Of a DNA stretch of 64,000 nucleotides, positions 1 to 14,585 are shown piece after piece. A model generated the notes under the pieces. The model saw only the letters and a list, made by a program, of their open reading frames with translations. It was not told where the DNA came from and did no database searches. Source of the stretch: Eledone cirrhosa. Lineage: Eukaryota. The first letter of the stretch is position 1. Every line of letters starts with the position of its first letter. The stretch covers positions 216,504,001 through 216,568,000 of the forward strand of contig OZ024742.1 in assembly GCA_964016885.1 (NCBI GenBank), written 5' to 3'. The position numbers and the translations under genes are program-made.

Positions 1-659
1 TTGAAAGTAGTGACGAATGGTATGAGGTTATATAACAACACCCGGAGAATCGGGGAATAGAATAAGTATAACGAATGTACTTGAATTAATTGAAATGGTA
101 TTTTTAGTATTTGGCTTTGTGCCTGTTCAAAGTGAATATATAAGTTCCAAGTTATTCCAGTTTAGATTAAACTTTACAAGAAAAACACTTCCATTTATGA
201 CTTTAGCAAACTCTTTAAACAAAAAAATATAGATAATATACGTACATAGTCAAAATCATTCATTGAACAGTTAGGCGGAAGATGGTTGCTGTTTCAGTGG
301 TCTAGAGGTAAGTTATATAAAAATGGCAGAGATTCTGGTCCGGGTTTAAACTAACGGGTGTTACTGAACGACTTATAACGAAGGATTTATGAAAATCTAA
401 ATATATGGATTGGATCAATAGCTCAAGGCCATACATTTTCAACGAGGTGACTGTCCTTACAATCAACGTGAGTTATTGATCGATATTTATTCTATCGAGT
501 CTTCAAGTTGATCTCGCCAGGAGTGCAACACAGAACGTAAAATAAAGTAAAAATAATCTAAATACTATGTGATATTCTCAGTGCTTCTCTATATATTTAT
601 TAACCACTCGCATTTAGTATTATACCTTTTCAAACAGAAAATTATGTTAAAAAATATTG

Positions 660-694
<35 letters not shown>

Positions 695-716
695 ACACGC
701 ACGCATATAGTTTAGA

Positions 717-878
717 GGGGTGCACATGTCTGTGCGGTTAAGAAGTTCACTTCTCGACCTCATGGATACGCATTCGTTCTTACTGCGTGGCCCCTGTAGC
801 AAGTACATTTTACTAGAGCGCTGGTTTCACAAATACCTTGTGAGTAACGTTTTGTAGACATAAACTGTGTATAACCTT
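717..878 (+). mobile_element. Degenerate tRNA-derived SINE (second SINE family)
   Basis: tRNA-like head (gtgcggttaagaagttcacttc...ttcgttcttactgcgtggc) and body ending ccttgtgagt...gtagacataaactg before a (TG/TA) tail; a degenerate reverse copy lies at ~26375-26520. Confidence 0.55.
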
Positions 879-2341
879 AAAATAAGCTGTTGTATGTTTA
901 TGTATGTTATGGGTCTGGCAAATGTAAATCTAGGAAATAAGCACAATATCATAGTAGTTTATTTGGGCTCAATTCTCCCCGTCTCCCTGTTTTTGTGGAA
1001 ATGGGTATAGCTTTCATTATGTTAAATCTCCCCATTTTGCCTTATTGCTAACCATTTTGTGGGTAAGGTCTGTCACGGTACTCCCCGATTGGGATTTTAG
1101 AGGTTGGCATGTCTGCATTACTATTCAACATAAGTTGTATTTGACGTTTTGACCACTGACTCTAAATATATGAACTTCTTTAATGGAGATGCAATGATTG
1201 CTTAAGAATCTACTATATAGACTATATTTTCGTTGATTAATTTACAACATATGTTTCATAATTTCTGTGATCAAATGTTTGTACCTATGTGAAATCTAAG
1301 CAAACTAAAGCAGTCGAGAAAATGTAAAGTTCTGTAAACTCACAAGTAAACGAAATGATTTCCTATTTCATATTCAGTCACTTTTCTGTCCAGAGAATAT
1401 ATATATATATGTGTGTGTATGTGTGTGTCTGGAGTAAAAAGTAGTTTGAAAAGAAGCCCAAGCTTCTTTCATCCCAATAACGTTATTATTCATCATAGTA
1501 AGAACATAAATAGCTAGACATTTTATATAGATAATATATGTAATATACCCATTTATTCTTTCTGATCAGATGTTTAGTGAATATCGATTTAGAAATTTGG
1601 GCAAGTTGGTCTTTTACAAGTTATTAAAATAAATGAGACAAAAGAAACATACTTGATCCGTAGAGAAAATATGAGGTGTAAGACTATAATACAAATATAG
1701 ACTGCTGTGCAACGATGTTTTCGTCTGGCAATTAATGCTTAGTCTATTAATACTTTTAGCTCTGCCAATTATTGTAAAGTGGTTCGATAGGGAGGGAAAA
1801 TAGACTGCATGTGAACGTGCGCATCGCACGATGTCTATGTGTGCTTATTGTGATTTCGCGTGTGGGTAGATGGTGATGGCGTTGGTATATGTGTGAGAGA
1901 AAGAGAGACATTATTAGTTTTAGCTAAACCAATACAATGTGTTCATTTAGTGTACAAAGAAAGAGGAGTTTCGTCAAAATAATACGAATATCTAATATAC
2001 GAATACCTCGTTTCTCATCTAAAGTACCAATATGCTTTAATATTTTGCGTTTGTCGCCAGGATGGAATTGTTCATAGGTTACCCCACGTGGGTAGAAAAA
2101 TGAAAATAGTTCTGTTTCGTTTTTTCGTGGCATGACCAAAGTGTTAGATTCATAAGAAAATGCGAACAAGAAATTACGATTTCGACGCCATTCCAAATAC
2201 ATTTAACAGGGAAATTGAAAGGGGAAAATAATGTCTTTAATGCGCGTAAATCAAATCACTTCTCGGAAAAAGCTTTAACCGATATGAGACTACGCATACA
2301 TACACATACACAGACGTAAACACATACAATGGCAGACATTA

Positions 2342-2376
<35 letters not shown>

Positions 2377-2452
2377 CACACACACATGTACACACACACA
2401 TATACACACACACACATGCACACACACACACATATATGTGTATATATATATA

Positions 2453-2604
2453 CGTTATTCCGGGTTGAATCGGAGGTAACCACAGTAAGTAAGGTACTCA
2501 ATACATAGCAGAGTATAACAGTTTTAATATAGATGAGATTCTACAGGACTAGAACTGTTTGAAACAGTTCTAGTCCTGTAGAATCTCATCTATATTAAAA
2601 CTGT
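2453..2604. mobile_element. Foldback mini-element (PLE pLTR-derived) between (TA)n tracts
   Basis: Perfect 43-bp inverted repeat 2518-2560/2562-2604 with 1-nt loop. The apex reads GAAAC-agttcta-GTC (hammerhead 3' half). The longer left arm carries GTATTGAGTAC on the minus strand. Confidence 0.75.
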
Positions 2605-2626
2605 GTATATATATATATATATACAT

Positions 2627-4365
2627 ATTTCGTTTCTAAATTTGTTTAGCAAGATTCTTTATCTGAAAAGTTGTGTTGAAACCGATATTGTTATACTTTG
2701 GGAGGGTCATGTTGCCAATAAGAAACACACGCACCAGAAGTTTCACTTCAATTTATAATAAATTAAATTGTAAATTTAAAAAATTTATAAGTTTCTGGTC
2801 GGTTGGTTGGTTCCACAACCGGACGGTTGTTCATATATTGTAAAAGTTTTTTCGTCACACATACTGTGACCTCTTCAGTGACTGTGGATTCTTTTCTTTG
2901 TGTTGTGCCTCTCCTTTGTTGTGCCCTACGCCATCTTGTTTTTGTGTGTGTTGTGTGCTTAGTTTGTGCATGTGTTACATCCGGGTGTCTGTGTGTGTTT
3001 ATTTATTTGTTTATTTATATGTTACTAGTTAGTTGTTTGTTCTATGTGTGTGTTTTCATTTTGTCCTTAATTGTGAGTTGTGATGTTGCTATTCCATTCA
3101 TGTTTTCTATTTAATTTTGGTTGGAGTTCATTTATGTTTATTGCCTTTGTGATTTGTCTAAACATTGCGTCTTTTCTGTGTGTAGATTCTATTTTTATTT
3201 CTATGTTCTCTAATTTGCCCTTATGTTCTATTTTAGCATGTTGGTGGAGTACTGTTGAGTCTTTTCTATCTTGGAGTTCTCGCCAGTGTTCATTTAATCG
3301 TTCTCCTATGCTACGAGCTGTCTCACCTATGTACATTATATTCTTATCTTTACAATGTCCCTCAGTACATCTTATGCTATATACTATGTTTCTAGTTTTA
3401 CAGTTAATATGGATGCTTAGTTTACAGATTATGCATTTCCTATCTATACAGGGAGGTCTTTGAAAAGGGTGTGTATTACTAAGTGTTTTATGAAGGTACC
3501 TGGTCTTTCCACTATCTTAATATTTAGTTTAAGTTTATCTAGAGCCCTTCTAAATTTGTAAGCTAGTTCACCTCTAGGGGTTGTATTGATGAACATTACA
3601 CTCTGGTATTTATTGCTATCATACCATGAGTTTATTTTATTAATCTTATTTCTAGTTCTTTCTATTCTATTCCAAAATTTGCTCCTATACAAGAGGCAGG
3701 TCCCATTTGTATCATTATTTACTATTTTCTCCCCATTTGATTCTGGCTCCTCTATATACTCTGATTTTATCTCTCTGGTTGTAACAGGAGAATTGCATAC
3801 GGTGGATGAAGTGTTGTATGTGTCTCTCTAGTTCTTTGGAGTTGCACATGCGGGACACGTTCCTCATCACCCTTACTAAATCCGCAATCAGTATGTTGAT
3901 TTTGGTGTGATCCAAAACAGCTGAATTTCGGTGGATCAGGTATTTGGAAGTCATGGGTTTGGCATAATGGGAATGGAGGATTTGTTTTTTTATTATTAAT
4001 GGTTTCTAACCAGAGATCTGTGTCTAGTACAGGTAATCGATGGTTGGGGTGTTTGCTTGGGTAGTCTATAGTAACTTTGATACTCTGGTGGATGGAGTTA
4101 GCTATTTGCTGGATGCTTTCCATGGTGTTTTTCTCTAATTCCCGACTGTTCTCTAGTGGGTTTTTTTTTTACTACGATGTTTATATAATCAACGTAACGG
4201 GAGTACATTATCAGGGTTAAGACGTTATTGTCTTCTAATACTTCTTTAAGTTTGTTGTCCCACAATACCATAAATAGTTTAGCTATGTCACCTGCAATGC
4301 TAACGCCAATGGCTGCTCCCTCCTCTTGGGTACATGTTTTTCCATTGAATTTGAACATATGTTCC
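2627..4365 (-). mobile_element. Penelope-like retroelement (Neptune-type), 5'-truncated, frameshifted RT + GIY-YIG endonuclease + pLTR
   Basis: ORFs 4098-4358 (FKFNG..QEEGAAIG..YSRYVD, RT), 3767-4123 (LPVLD), 3715-3954 and 3444-3692 (thumb/linker), 3067-3336 (YIGETARSIGERLNEH, GIY-YIG). Cys-rich linker and a 3' pLTR with hammerhead motif; (TA)n on both sides. Confidence 0.92.
2841..2880 (-). ncRNA. Minimal hammerhead ribozyme motif in PLE pLTR
   Basis: Minus strand: CUGAAGA-g-GUCACA-guaug-UGUGAC-GAAA-aaac-UUUUA. Stem I pairing is poor in this copy. Confidence 0.75.
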
Positions 4366-4553
4366 TTAAGGGTTAGTTTTATATATATATATAACCTTAA
4401 GGGTTGGTTTTATATATATATATATATATACATAAAATAATGAGAAAACTCATTGCTAGAACAGTCGTTAAAACAACTAAATTCTGTCAAATACAGCCGT
4501 GAGCAAATTCAAATACACTCTCGCTTCGTCTCGATCAGATACAACATTGTTTT

Positions 4554-4614
<61 letters not shown>

Positions 4615-4618
<4 letters not shown>

Positions 4619-4660
4619 TTCTGGCAATATTATTACAACAATATGACCCTCCCCAAGTAT

Positions 4661-4668
<8 letters not shown>
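4615..4668 (+). mobile_element. Solo PLE 3'-terminal fragment embedded in (TA)n
   Basis: attaattctggcaatatt...atgaccctccccaagtataacaatat matches the pLTR terminus at 31162-31213 and the reverse complement of 29637-29686. Confidence 0.85.
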
Positions 4669-4741
<73 letters not shown>

Positions 4742-4742
4742 C

Positions 4743-4827
<85 letters not shown>

Positions 4828-4952
4828 GATGTGTGTGAGTGTGCGTGTGAGTGTGTGTGTATGTGAGTGTGTGTGTGTGTGTATGTGTGTGTGTGTGTCT
4901 GTCCGTGTGTGTGTTTATATTTTGAGTACAGCATGTATTCACATGTTATTAT

Positions 4953-5088
4953 TTACGGCCCTTTCCATTCTGAGTTCAAATCCCGCCGAGGTCAACTTTG
5001 CCTCTCATCCTTACGGGTTCGATAAAATAAAGTACCAGCAATGTACTGTATAATTGCTGGCCTTGTGACAAAAGTAGAAACAATTATT
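4953..5088 (+). mobile_element. tRNA-derived SINE (main family), 5'-truncated
   Basis: B-box GAGTTCAAATCCC, body gaggtcaactttgcc..catcc..gataaaataaagtaccag, tail ggccttgtg..agaaacaattatt; more than 10 copies in the window. Confidence 0.85.
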
Positions 5089-5391
5089 TACGATACGTCA
5101 GAGCACGCGCTAAATATTTTTCATTAATTATATTTTTCAGTATTATTTTGTTTAGTTTAGAAGAATGGTACTCTTGAGTCCACTGATTCTTCAACGTCCT
5201 CACGGCCTCATTATCTAAATGTGTTAAGCTTCCGTGTTTATCAGCAGGAAGTTATGCCAATGGTGATGTAAGTGATAAATTCATCATCACGGGATCTAAA
5301 TGTGTTGTACAGTTAACTCCATGGTGCTTACACTACTCAGGTGTGTTGCATCTGCTTTTCTTCTTCTTTTCCTTTTAGTTGATAGCAAAGA

Positions 5392-5393
<2 letters not shown>

Positions 5394-5436
<43 letters not shown>

Positions 5437-5455
5437 TTCTTCTTCTTCTTCTTCT
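5394..5455. repeat. (CTT)n microsatellite
   Basis: Direct reading. Confidence 0.95.
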
Positions 5456-5489
5456 AAGAATATTTTCCCTTACATCAGTTAAAGATATG

Positions 5490-6260
5490 TTCTGTCGTTA
5501 CTGGTCATCACGATTTCCAGTCTTCTTTGGTTGCCATGCTGGTTCACTGTGTGGGAAAAAAATATACGACATTGGATTAAGATTTTGGCTCAAGATGTTG
5601 AGATTTATAATAGGAGCCTCAGAGTACCTTGGATATACTTTAAAATCTCTACGAAATAGTGGTTCGCCTTCTTCGTTTCTGAATACAATAGCAATGTCAT
5701 TGACTATTGGAAAATTGTATCTCCTTCTGCTGGTATTACGATCTCTGTTGAATACTAAGTTGACGCTTGGCATATCAATGGTTTCTTCTTGAGTACGCTA
5801 TTATTCTTGTACTTCAATTTCACGAAGTCTTTGGAAAGACTGAGCATACACATTATCTCTACTAATAATATTATCCACATTTTTTAGCACTTCTTGGAGG
5901 CAGTCTGAATTTATTCTGAACTCTTATTTATTTCTGTTGCTTGGGCACTGTCTACAACATAAAACTGAGCATATTGTCTTCGTTTGGCTTCATTTCGATG
6001 AATATGGTTCTATGGTAAATTTGTAAATCATGCGGAAACAAAATGAACCTTTTCCTGGTGGATTCTGCACTTGAGCACCAATCGAAGCAAATGATAGTGA
6101 TGAATTATATGAAAGAATGTTTTCTTTGAAATTCCTATAATGAGGATGATTTTTGTCAGATAACAACGAAACTAAATATGGTGGAAATTATCTTCTGATA
6201 GGACGTGAAATTTTGCCTTTGTGCAAAACTGAGCAAAACTGACAATTGGAGTCCATATTT
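5490..6260 (-). pseudogene. Helitron RepHel N-terminal region fragment
   Basis: ORF 5498-5773 RRYNFPIVNDIAIVF..EGEP..RD...NLNPMSYIFFP..EPAW and upstream FKENILSYNSSLSFASIGAQ..PPGKGSFCFR / YAQFYVVD resemble conserved Helitron RepHel motifs; stops and frameshifts present. Confidence 0.85.
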
Positions 6261-6289
6261 CCAGTTATGAATGTGAACTGTGTTTTCTG

Positions 6290-6642
6290 AATCGGTAGAG
6301 GGTCGGACGCCATGCTTTGAAGCAAAGTTGCATCCCTTTACGGATTGAGTTCAAATCCCGAGAGGTTAACTTTGCCTTTCATCCTTACGGGGTCGATAAA
6401 ATAAAGTACCAGTAATGTCTGGATAATTTCTGGCCTTGTGCCAAAAAGTAGAAACAATTATTAATGGCGGTGGATTGGCAGTATCGGTAGAGGGCCGGAC
6501 GCCATGCTTTGACGCATAGAGTTACGACCCTTGCCATTCTCAGTTCAAATCCCGCCGAGGTTAACTTTGCCTTTCATCCTTACGGGTTCGATAAAATAAA
6601 GTACCATTGCTGGCCTTGTGTCAAACGTAGAAACAATTATTA
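6290..6642 (+). mobile_element. Two tandem tRNA-derived SINE copies (6290-6462, 6463-6642)
   Basis: A-box-like tggcagtatcggtag, B-box GTTCAAATCCC, same body and tail as the other copies. Confidence 0.88.
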
Positions 6643-7309
6643 GTATGTGCGTATGTGTGTGTTTGTGTATGTGTGGGTAAGTATGTGCATGTGTGTATGT
6701 GTGTGTGTGTGCGTGTATGTGTGTACATTTATATGTATGAGGAACAGAGGTGTAGCGAACGCTGTTCGCTGTTTTCTATACATTGTTACAGCTACCTTTC
6801 GTTCGTGTATGTAATAATTATTTCTTCTGGGTGTGTCTGTTTATGTATGTGTAAATGCGCATGTGTCTGTAATTATAATTGTCCTTGTATCTTTCTAAAT
6901 AAACATACACAAACATATACATTCACTCAAATATTACATATAGATATATTTTACACAAATACGCATATACGCACACACAAACATTCACATAATCATAACA
7001 ACCGATGTGTATAGCAATTCGCCATACATATGCACACACACAGACGCCGTTTTCTAGAGTTTGGTCATCACCCCTTCCTTCGTCAGTTTGTCATCAACCC
7101 TTCATTCGTCAGTCATCTCTTGTGACGGATAAACACAGAAGGGCATTATATAATTAAAGTACCAGGAATGCACTGGAATAATTGGTGGCCTTGTGCCAAA
7201 CGTAGAAACAATTATATATTAGTAGATATTTGTGTGTATAAGTATAAACCCACAAACACCGATAATCGCACACAAATACAGACGCATACACACATACTTA
7301 TATACACTC

Positions 7310-10300
7310 AAACAAATACACACATATACATTCACACAAACACACACATACATTCACACAAATACAAACAGACATACAGTCACATACACACAAATACACA
7401 CATACAGATATACACTCATACAAATACACACATATACATTCACACAAACACACACATACATTCACACAAACACATACAGACATACACTCACATACACACA
7501 AATACACACATACAGATATACACTCATACAAATACACACATATACATTCACACAAACACACACATACATTCACACAAATACACACAGACATACACTCACA
7601 TACACACAAATACACACATACAGATATACACTCATACAAATACACACATATACATTCACACAAACACACACATACATTCACACAAACACATACAGACATA
7701 CACTTACATACACACAAATACATACATACAGATATACACTCATACAAATACACACATATACATTCACACAAACACACACATACATTCACACAAACACACA
7801 CAGACATACACTCACATACACACAAATACACACATACAGATATACACTCATACAAATACACACATATACATTCACACAAACACACACATGCATTCACACA
7901 AACACACACAGACATACACTCACATACACACAAATACACACATACAGATATACACTCATACAAATACACACACATACATTCACATAAACACACACATACA
8001 TTCACACAAACACACACAGACATACACACAAATACACACATACAGATATACACTCATACAAATACACACATACATTCACACAAACACACACATACATTCA
8101 CACAAACACATACAGACATACACTCACATACACACAAATACACACATACAGATATACACTCATACAAATACACACATATACATTCACACAAACACACACA
8201 TACATTCACACAAATACACAGACATACACTCACATACACACAAATACACACATACAGATATACACTCATACAAATACACACATATACATTCACACAAACA
8301 CACACATACATTCACACAAACACATACAGACATACACCTACATACACACAAATACATACATACAGATATACACTCATACAAATACACACATATACATTCA
8401 CACAAACACACACATACATTCACACAAACACACACAGACATACACTCACATACACACAAATACACACATACAGATATACACTCATACAAATACACACATA
8501 TACATTCACACAAACACACACATACATTCACACAAACACACACAGACATACACTCACATACACACAAATACACACATACAGATATACACTCATACAAATA
8601 TACAAATATACATTCACACAAACACACACATACATTCACACAAACACATACAGACATACACTCACATACACACAAATACATACATAGAGATATACACTCA
8701 TACAAATACACACATATACATTCACACAAACACACACATACATTCACACAAACACACACAGACATACACTCACATACACACAAATACACACATACAGATA
8801 TACACTCATACAAATACACACATATACATTCACACAAACACACACATACATTCACACAAACACACACAGACATACACTCACATACACACAAATAAACACA
8901 TACAGATATACACTCATACAAATACACACACATACATTCACACAAACACACACATACATTCACACAAACACACACAGACATACACACAAATACACACATA
9001 CAGATATACACTCATACAAATACACACATATACATTCACACAAACACACACATACATTCACACACACACACAGACATACACTCACATACACACAAATACA
9101 CACATACAGATATACACTCATACAAATACACACATATACATTCACACAAACACACACATACATTCACACAAACACACACAGACATACACTCACATACACA
9201 CAAATACACACATACAGATATACACTCATACAAATACACACATATACATTCACACAAACACACACATACATTCACACAAACGCACACAGGTATACACTCA
9301 CATACACACAAATACACACATACAGATATACACTCATACAAATACACACATATATATTCACACAAACACACACATACATTCACACAAACACACACAGACA
9401 TACACTCACATACACACAAATACACACATACATATATACATTCAAACAAATACACACATATACATTCACACAAACACACACATACATTCACACAAATACA
9501 CACAGACATACACTCACATACACACAAATATATACATACAGATATACACTCATACAAATACACACATATACATTCACACAAACACACACATACGTTCACA
9601 CAAACACATACAGACATACACTCACATACACACAAATACACACATACAGATATACACTCATACAAATACACACATACATTCACACAAACACACACATACA
9701 TTCACACAAACACACACAGACATACACACAAATACACACATACAGATATACACTCATACAAATACACACATATACATTCACCCAAACACACACATACATT
9801 CACACAAACACACACAGACATACACTCACATACACACAAATACACACATACAGATATACACTCATACAAATACACACATACATTCACACAAACACACACA
9901 TACATTCACACAAACACACACAGACATACACTCACATACACACAAATACACACATACAGATATACACTCATACAAATACACACATATACATTCACACAAA
10001 CACACACATACATTCACACAAACACACACAGACATACACTCACATACACACAAATACACACATACATATATACATTCAAACAAATACACACATATACATT
10101 CACACAAACACACACATACATTCACACAAATACACACAGATATACACTCATATACACACAAATACACACATACAGATATACACTCATACAAATACACACA
10201 TATACATTCACACAAACACACACATACATTCACAAAAACACACACATACATTCACACACACACAGACATACACTCACATACACACAAATACACACATACA

Positions 10301-10670
10301 GATATACACTCATACAAATACACACATATACATTCACACAAACACACACATACATTCACACACACACAGACATACACTCACATACACACAAATACACACA
10401 TATAGATATACACTCATACAAATACACACATATACATTCACACAAACACACACATACATTCACACACACACACACAGACATACACTCACATACACACAAA
10501 TACACACATATAGATATACACTCATACAAATACACACATATACATTCACACAAACACACACATACATTCACAGAAACACACACAGGTATACACTCACATA
10601 CACACAAATACACACATATACATTCACACAAACACACACATACATTCACACACACACACACAGACATACA
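7310..10670. repeat. 108-bp minisatellite, ~31 copies, built from ~20-22-bp CA-rich subunits
   Basis: Translated period of 36 aa (HTNTHIQIYTHTNTHIYIHTNTHIHSHKHIQTYTHI); lines 7321 and 7861 start identically (5 x 108 bp). Confidence 0.95.
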
Positions 10671-10789
10671 GAGAGTCGAAAACTTTGGAAGTCTGTTTTT
10701 GCTGTAGTTTTTTCCTCATGACCCTTCCTCCCTTTTACACATATATACATCTCCACACATGCACAAGCTGAAACGTTATTTCATTTTTT

Positions 10790-10879
10790 TTTTCTCACCG
10801 TAGAATTTTCACCATCCCACTTCCATCGGTGGACTTACACACGGGCTGCCGGACAGGATTCGACTTTTATTTATATAGA
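10790..10879 (-). mobile_element. Probable Helitron 5' terminus
   Basis: Minus strand begins a|TCtatataaataaaagtcg, similar to the 5' end of the Helitron at 37885 (TCtatttatataaaa). Confidence 0.5.
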
Positions 10880-11156
10880 TATTATTGATTTGGGTTTTCT
10901 TCTATTTTTTTTGTTTGTTTATTTTTTACTGAGCGTTATATACGTTGTAGAGCTCAGGTGGATTTCGTCTAGTATTTCTTTTAGTATTGATTCTAGTATC
11001 TAAGGGTTGGTTTATTATTCGATAATTCGAATCAATGTTCAAACCTTATGATTTTTTATTTAATATTTATTCTATGAAAGAAAATACGCAGGCACGTTAC
11101 AAAATGGATTTGGCTGCTGACACATGTTCTATCTTTGAGGAAACGTATTATTCCTT

Positions 11157-11218
<62 letters not shown>

Positions 11219-11221
<3 letters not shown>

Positions 11222-11277
11222 GTTTCTTAATTTGTTTGTTTATTGGCAACATGACCCTCCCAAAGTATAACAATATA
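11219..11277. mobile_element. Head-to-head PLE terminal fragments in (TA)n
   Basis: 11219-11238 matches 2629-2647 on the same strand; 11240-11277 matches the reverse complement of 2686-2720. It is followed (11280-11335) by a fragment of the 56.5-kb foldback family (gaaacagttccttatattaaa). Confidence 0.75.
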
Positions 11278-11347
11278 TATAAATTAATAAAAACAAAGAA
11301 ACAGTTCCTTATATTAAAAAATTCATCATTTTGGTACATTTTGGTAC

Positions 11348-11397
<50 letters not shown>

Positions 11398-11399
<2 letters not shown>

Positions 11400-11566
11400 C
11401 GAAGGAAATGTGGTAAGGAACCAGGTGGACCATAACGCACCAAAGTATTCAATACTTAGGGTAGTAGAGTGGGTAATAGGAACCAGTAAGACCCCGACGG
11501 CTGCATTTAGTCCAGAATTAGCCGTCGAAATTGCTTGAGCTCAGCCGTCGGGGGGTCTTACTGGTT

Positions 11567-11570
<4 letters not shown>
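11398..11570. mobile_element. Asymmetric foldback mini-element (47.2-kb family)
   Basis: Near-identical to 47246-47350. Internal inversion taggaaccagtaagacccc...ggggtcttactggttccta; contains GAAA-ttgct-tgagctc-agccg-UC. Confidence 0.85.
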
Positions 11571-11647
<77 letters not shown>

Positions 11648-14055
11648 GGGGGAGAGAAATAGCTAGATAGATAGATTACTTGAATTACCTACAATTGCTA
11701 ACTTACAACCTTTGCTGCAAAATATAAACAAATGTAAATTTTCTCATACCTCTGTAAGCAGAAACATCATCGACCGTATATATAAACTATCGCGTTGTTA
11801 GAAATACGAAGTGTTACGTCTATTTCAAGAGGTATGCTATAATATTATATTACGCGATGGGGCCCACCCACAGCCCCGGCAATTCTGATAGACCATATCT
11901 ACGATCAAACGCTTTCCAGTGTTGTCAACGGGTAGGGGGAAGAGATGTTCAATATATTGTGAATGGAAGTTCTAAGATTGAAACTGTACAGAAAGCTGTC
12001 GAATATATATGTAATAGTCGTTACTTTGTTTCACCATTCAATGACAAAACACATAAAATGAACAGAATATTCCTCTCGTTGTTATGAGTGACATGTGACT
12101 ATGTTTTAAACATACACTTGAAAGGTAAGTTTAATTAAACTTTTTAGCAGAATGACTGATGATTTCATCTTTAAGCGGGGAATATAAAGGTTATTGGCCT
12201 CCCGAGGCACATCTCCCGTGAAGCTATATCCAAAGTAGGAAATTAACATAGCACAAAGAATTAACGAAGTTATCATGCTGCTTATAAAAGTGACCTGTAT
12301 TTCCTTAGGGATTTACTCTCGTTATTTGTCCTTACATAAACGACTACGGAATTTATCCAGTCTTTATCAAGAACTTACCTCGCCCATTTATATAAAAACG
12401 AACCAGCTGCAAGAGGCGATTTGTAATTCAAATGTTGTCCAAATATGAGACAGTCTAGTTGACACATGTTTGGTCGTGAGTCTAAGGTATTTGCTTCGCA
12501 ACTACGCGGTTCCTTGTTAAGCTTCACAACGCAAAACAACGAGCAACAGTTTCCTACCATATTCTTAAACTAACCAACACCTTTTGGTTGAAATTTGATA
12601 AACTGTGTGAAAACCTATCAGAAGACCATTCGTGTACTTTTATTGTACACTTAATTTATCACCCGGTTCAATACTACCACCTAACTAGGCCTTGATTTCT
12701 TCGAACTCACAGGGTGCCTTGTCTGAAGGCAACTTCCTCCCTTCTGTTCTACTATTAATTACAGAAGCCCTTAAAAAAGTTTCAGGAACGGGTTTTCCCT
12801 TTTTGACTGAATCGTTAAAAATACGAAGCACTCGTCAATTTGGCAATGTAATTTGCAATAGTTAACTATATCAATTAGGCCAGTCTTGGAAACAGCGCGG
12901 TAATGAAGATGTACTGGAGCTTTTCGTTTGTCGTATGGCATATGACGTATTATCGCTATGAATGCAAAAGAAAATTCAATGAATGCAAAAAACATTCAAT
13001 GAAAAAGATGCAGCCGACAAAATCGACCATAGTAGTCTGGGAATGAATTTGGCAACGTCCAACATATTTCAATTACAAACGAAACGAAAACAACATAGTA
13101 ATATTATGTGAATGACCTTGCTAAACAGTGTTTATTAATTAATATAACCTGCATTATCAAAATAACATACTGACCTTTTTAACAGGCACGAATATTTGGC
13201 AAGCTAAACTAGTAGCTCATTGAAATTACTTGCTATGGAAGAATTACACAGTTGGAATTAATTTACTCGCTTTAATCTTCTTCCTTTTGTTCACTTCATC
13301 GTTTCTTTCTTTTCCTTCCACCTTTTCCCTTTATCTAAACCTACGACTACTGCTACTGCTATTGCTTCTTTTGGTGGTGTTGCTGTTGTTGCTGCTGCTA
13401 ATGATGATGATATTTGTGCCAATGTTGATCTTACTTCAGCTGCTGCCACTAACGTTTCTATAGCAAACTCATTCTAGATTTTTGCGCCCCTTACCCCACT
13501 TTATCGTCTTAAATCTTCTATTTTTTTTAACAACAACTGTTACTAGAATTACTAATGCTATCGTCACTTCATTTATATCTCACTATAACTACTTTGTTTA
13601 CTACCACTACTGCTAATATTACTATTAAAACAGTTTTTATTTTCTTTAATATTGTCTCCTGGTTTTATCTTGTACAGTCTTCTACTGGTATTCAGCCTTC
13701 TAGCTATGCTTCCTATAATTTCTTCTTTTCCTATTTGTATTATTACTCTTATTCTTTATGGATAACATATTTTTCTTTAACTGTTTCATTTTACACATTA
13801 TATTTGTATACAAGTATTTTGTATCGGCCTCGTTTTTTGTGTCTTATTTGAAGGTGTCTGTTTTTTTCCATTTGCTTTATGTACTTTGCTCTTGTCGTTT
13901 TGTATATGTACATCTTATATGCTTGCTTTTGTGGATTGCATGTGCCTACTTTTTACGTTATATATTTTTTCATGCATATTACGTGCATAGATTCGTAGAT
14001 GTGTATTTTGGATAATTTCACTTCGCGAACAAAACATTTTGCCGTTGCATTAATC

Positions 14056-14585
14056 TACGAGGTTTGTCAAAAATGTTTCCAACTCTATTTTCCAATATGA
14101 TAACGGTAGAAAAACAAATGTGAGCAGATTAGAGAAACATTCTTATGCGCATGCATGGTTTTGATGGACACGCGTGATGCGTCAGATGCTCTCAGGCACC
14201 CAGGTGCTGCACTACATACTCGTCGTGAGAAGACTGCTAACAAGGATCTTGAATACTTGAATGCAGTGGTAACTGGAAATATGGCCTGAGTGTACGGATA
14301 CAACCAGTCAACCACTACAATAGAAGCATCCTACTTCGTCAAGCTCCCAAAAAGCTCATCACGTGTGAGCAAAACCGAACTGATGCAGGCCGTTTTCCTC
14401 GACTACCTGCGATGGCAGAGTTGAAAGCCATTTTGGAAGAAGAATTGAAAATATTCTTCGAACATTGGAATGATCACTGGGCTAAGTGTGTGGCGGTACA
14501 AGGCGCCTACTTCGAAGGGGATTAGAAATTGAAATCCACCAAGTACGTAAAGTTTTTCTCGGTCATTTTCGATAAACTTTGTCCT
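14056..14585 (+). mobile_element. Internally deleted mariner-type DNA transposon
   Basis: Starts TAcgaggtttgtcaaaaa. Encodes a transposase C-terminus ELKAILEEELKIFFEHWNDHWAKCVAVQGAYFEGD* (~14420-14525); degenerate right TIR near 14560-14583. Confidence 0.8.

Noticed and set aside
910-1116. Possible hAT-like MITE ending ggttggcatgtctg
   Set aside because: The matching left TIR and target-site duplication are not convincing.
7168-8895. 575-aa His/Thr-rich ORF and antisense Cys/Val-rich ORFs
   Set aside because: Translation of a stop-poor 108-bp CA minisatellite; no evidence of coding function.
12375-12995. ORFs with faint pogo/Tigger-like words (RENPF, PGDK)
   Set aside because: Spacing and conservation are insufficient to call a transposase.
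13230-14015. Hydrophobic membrane-protein-like ORFs
   Set aside because: T-rich low-complexity and trinucleotide repeats.
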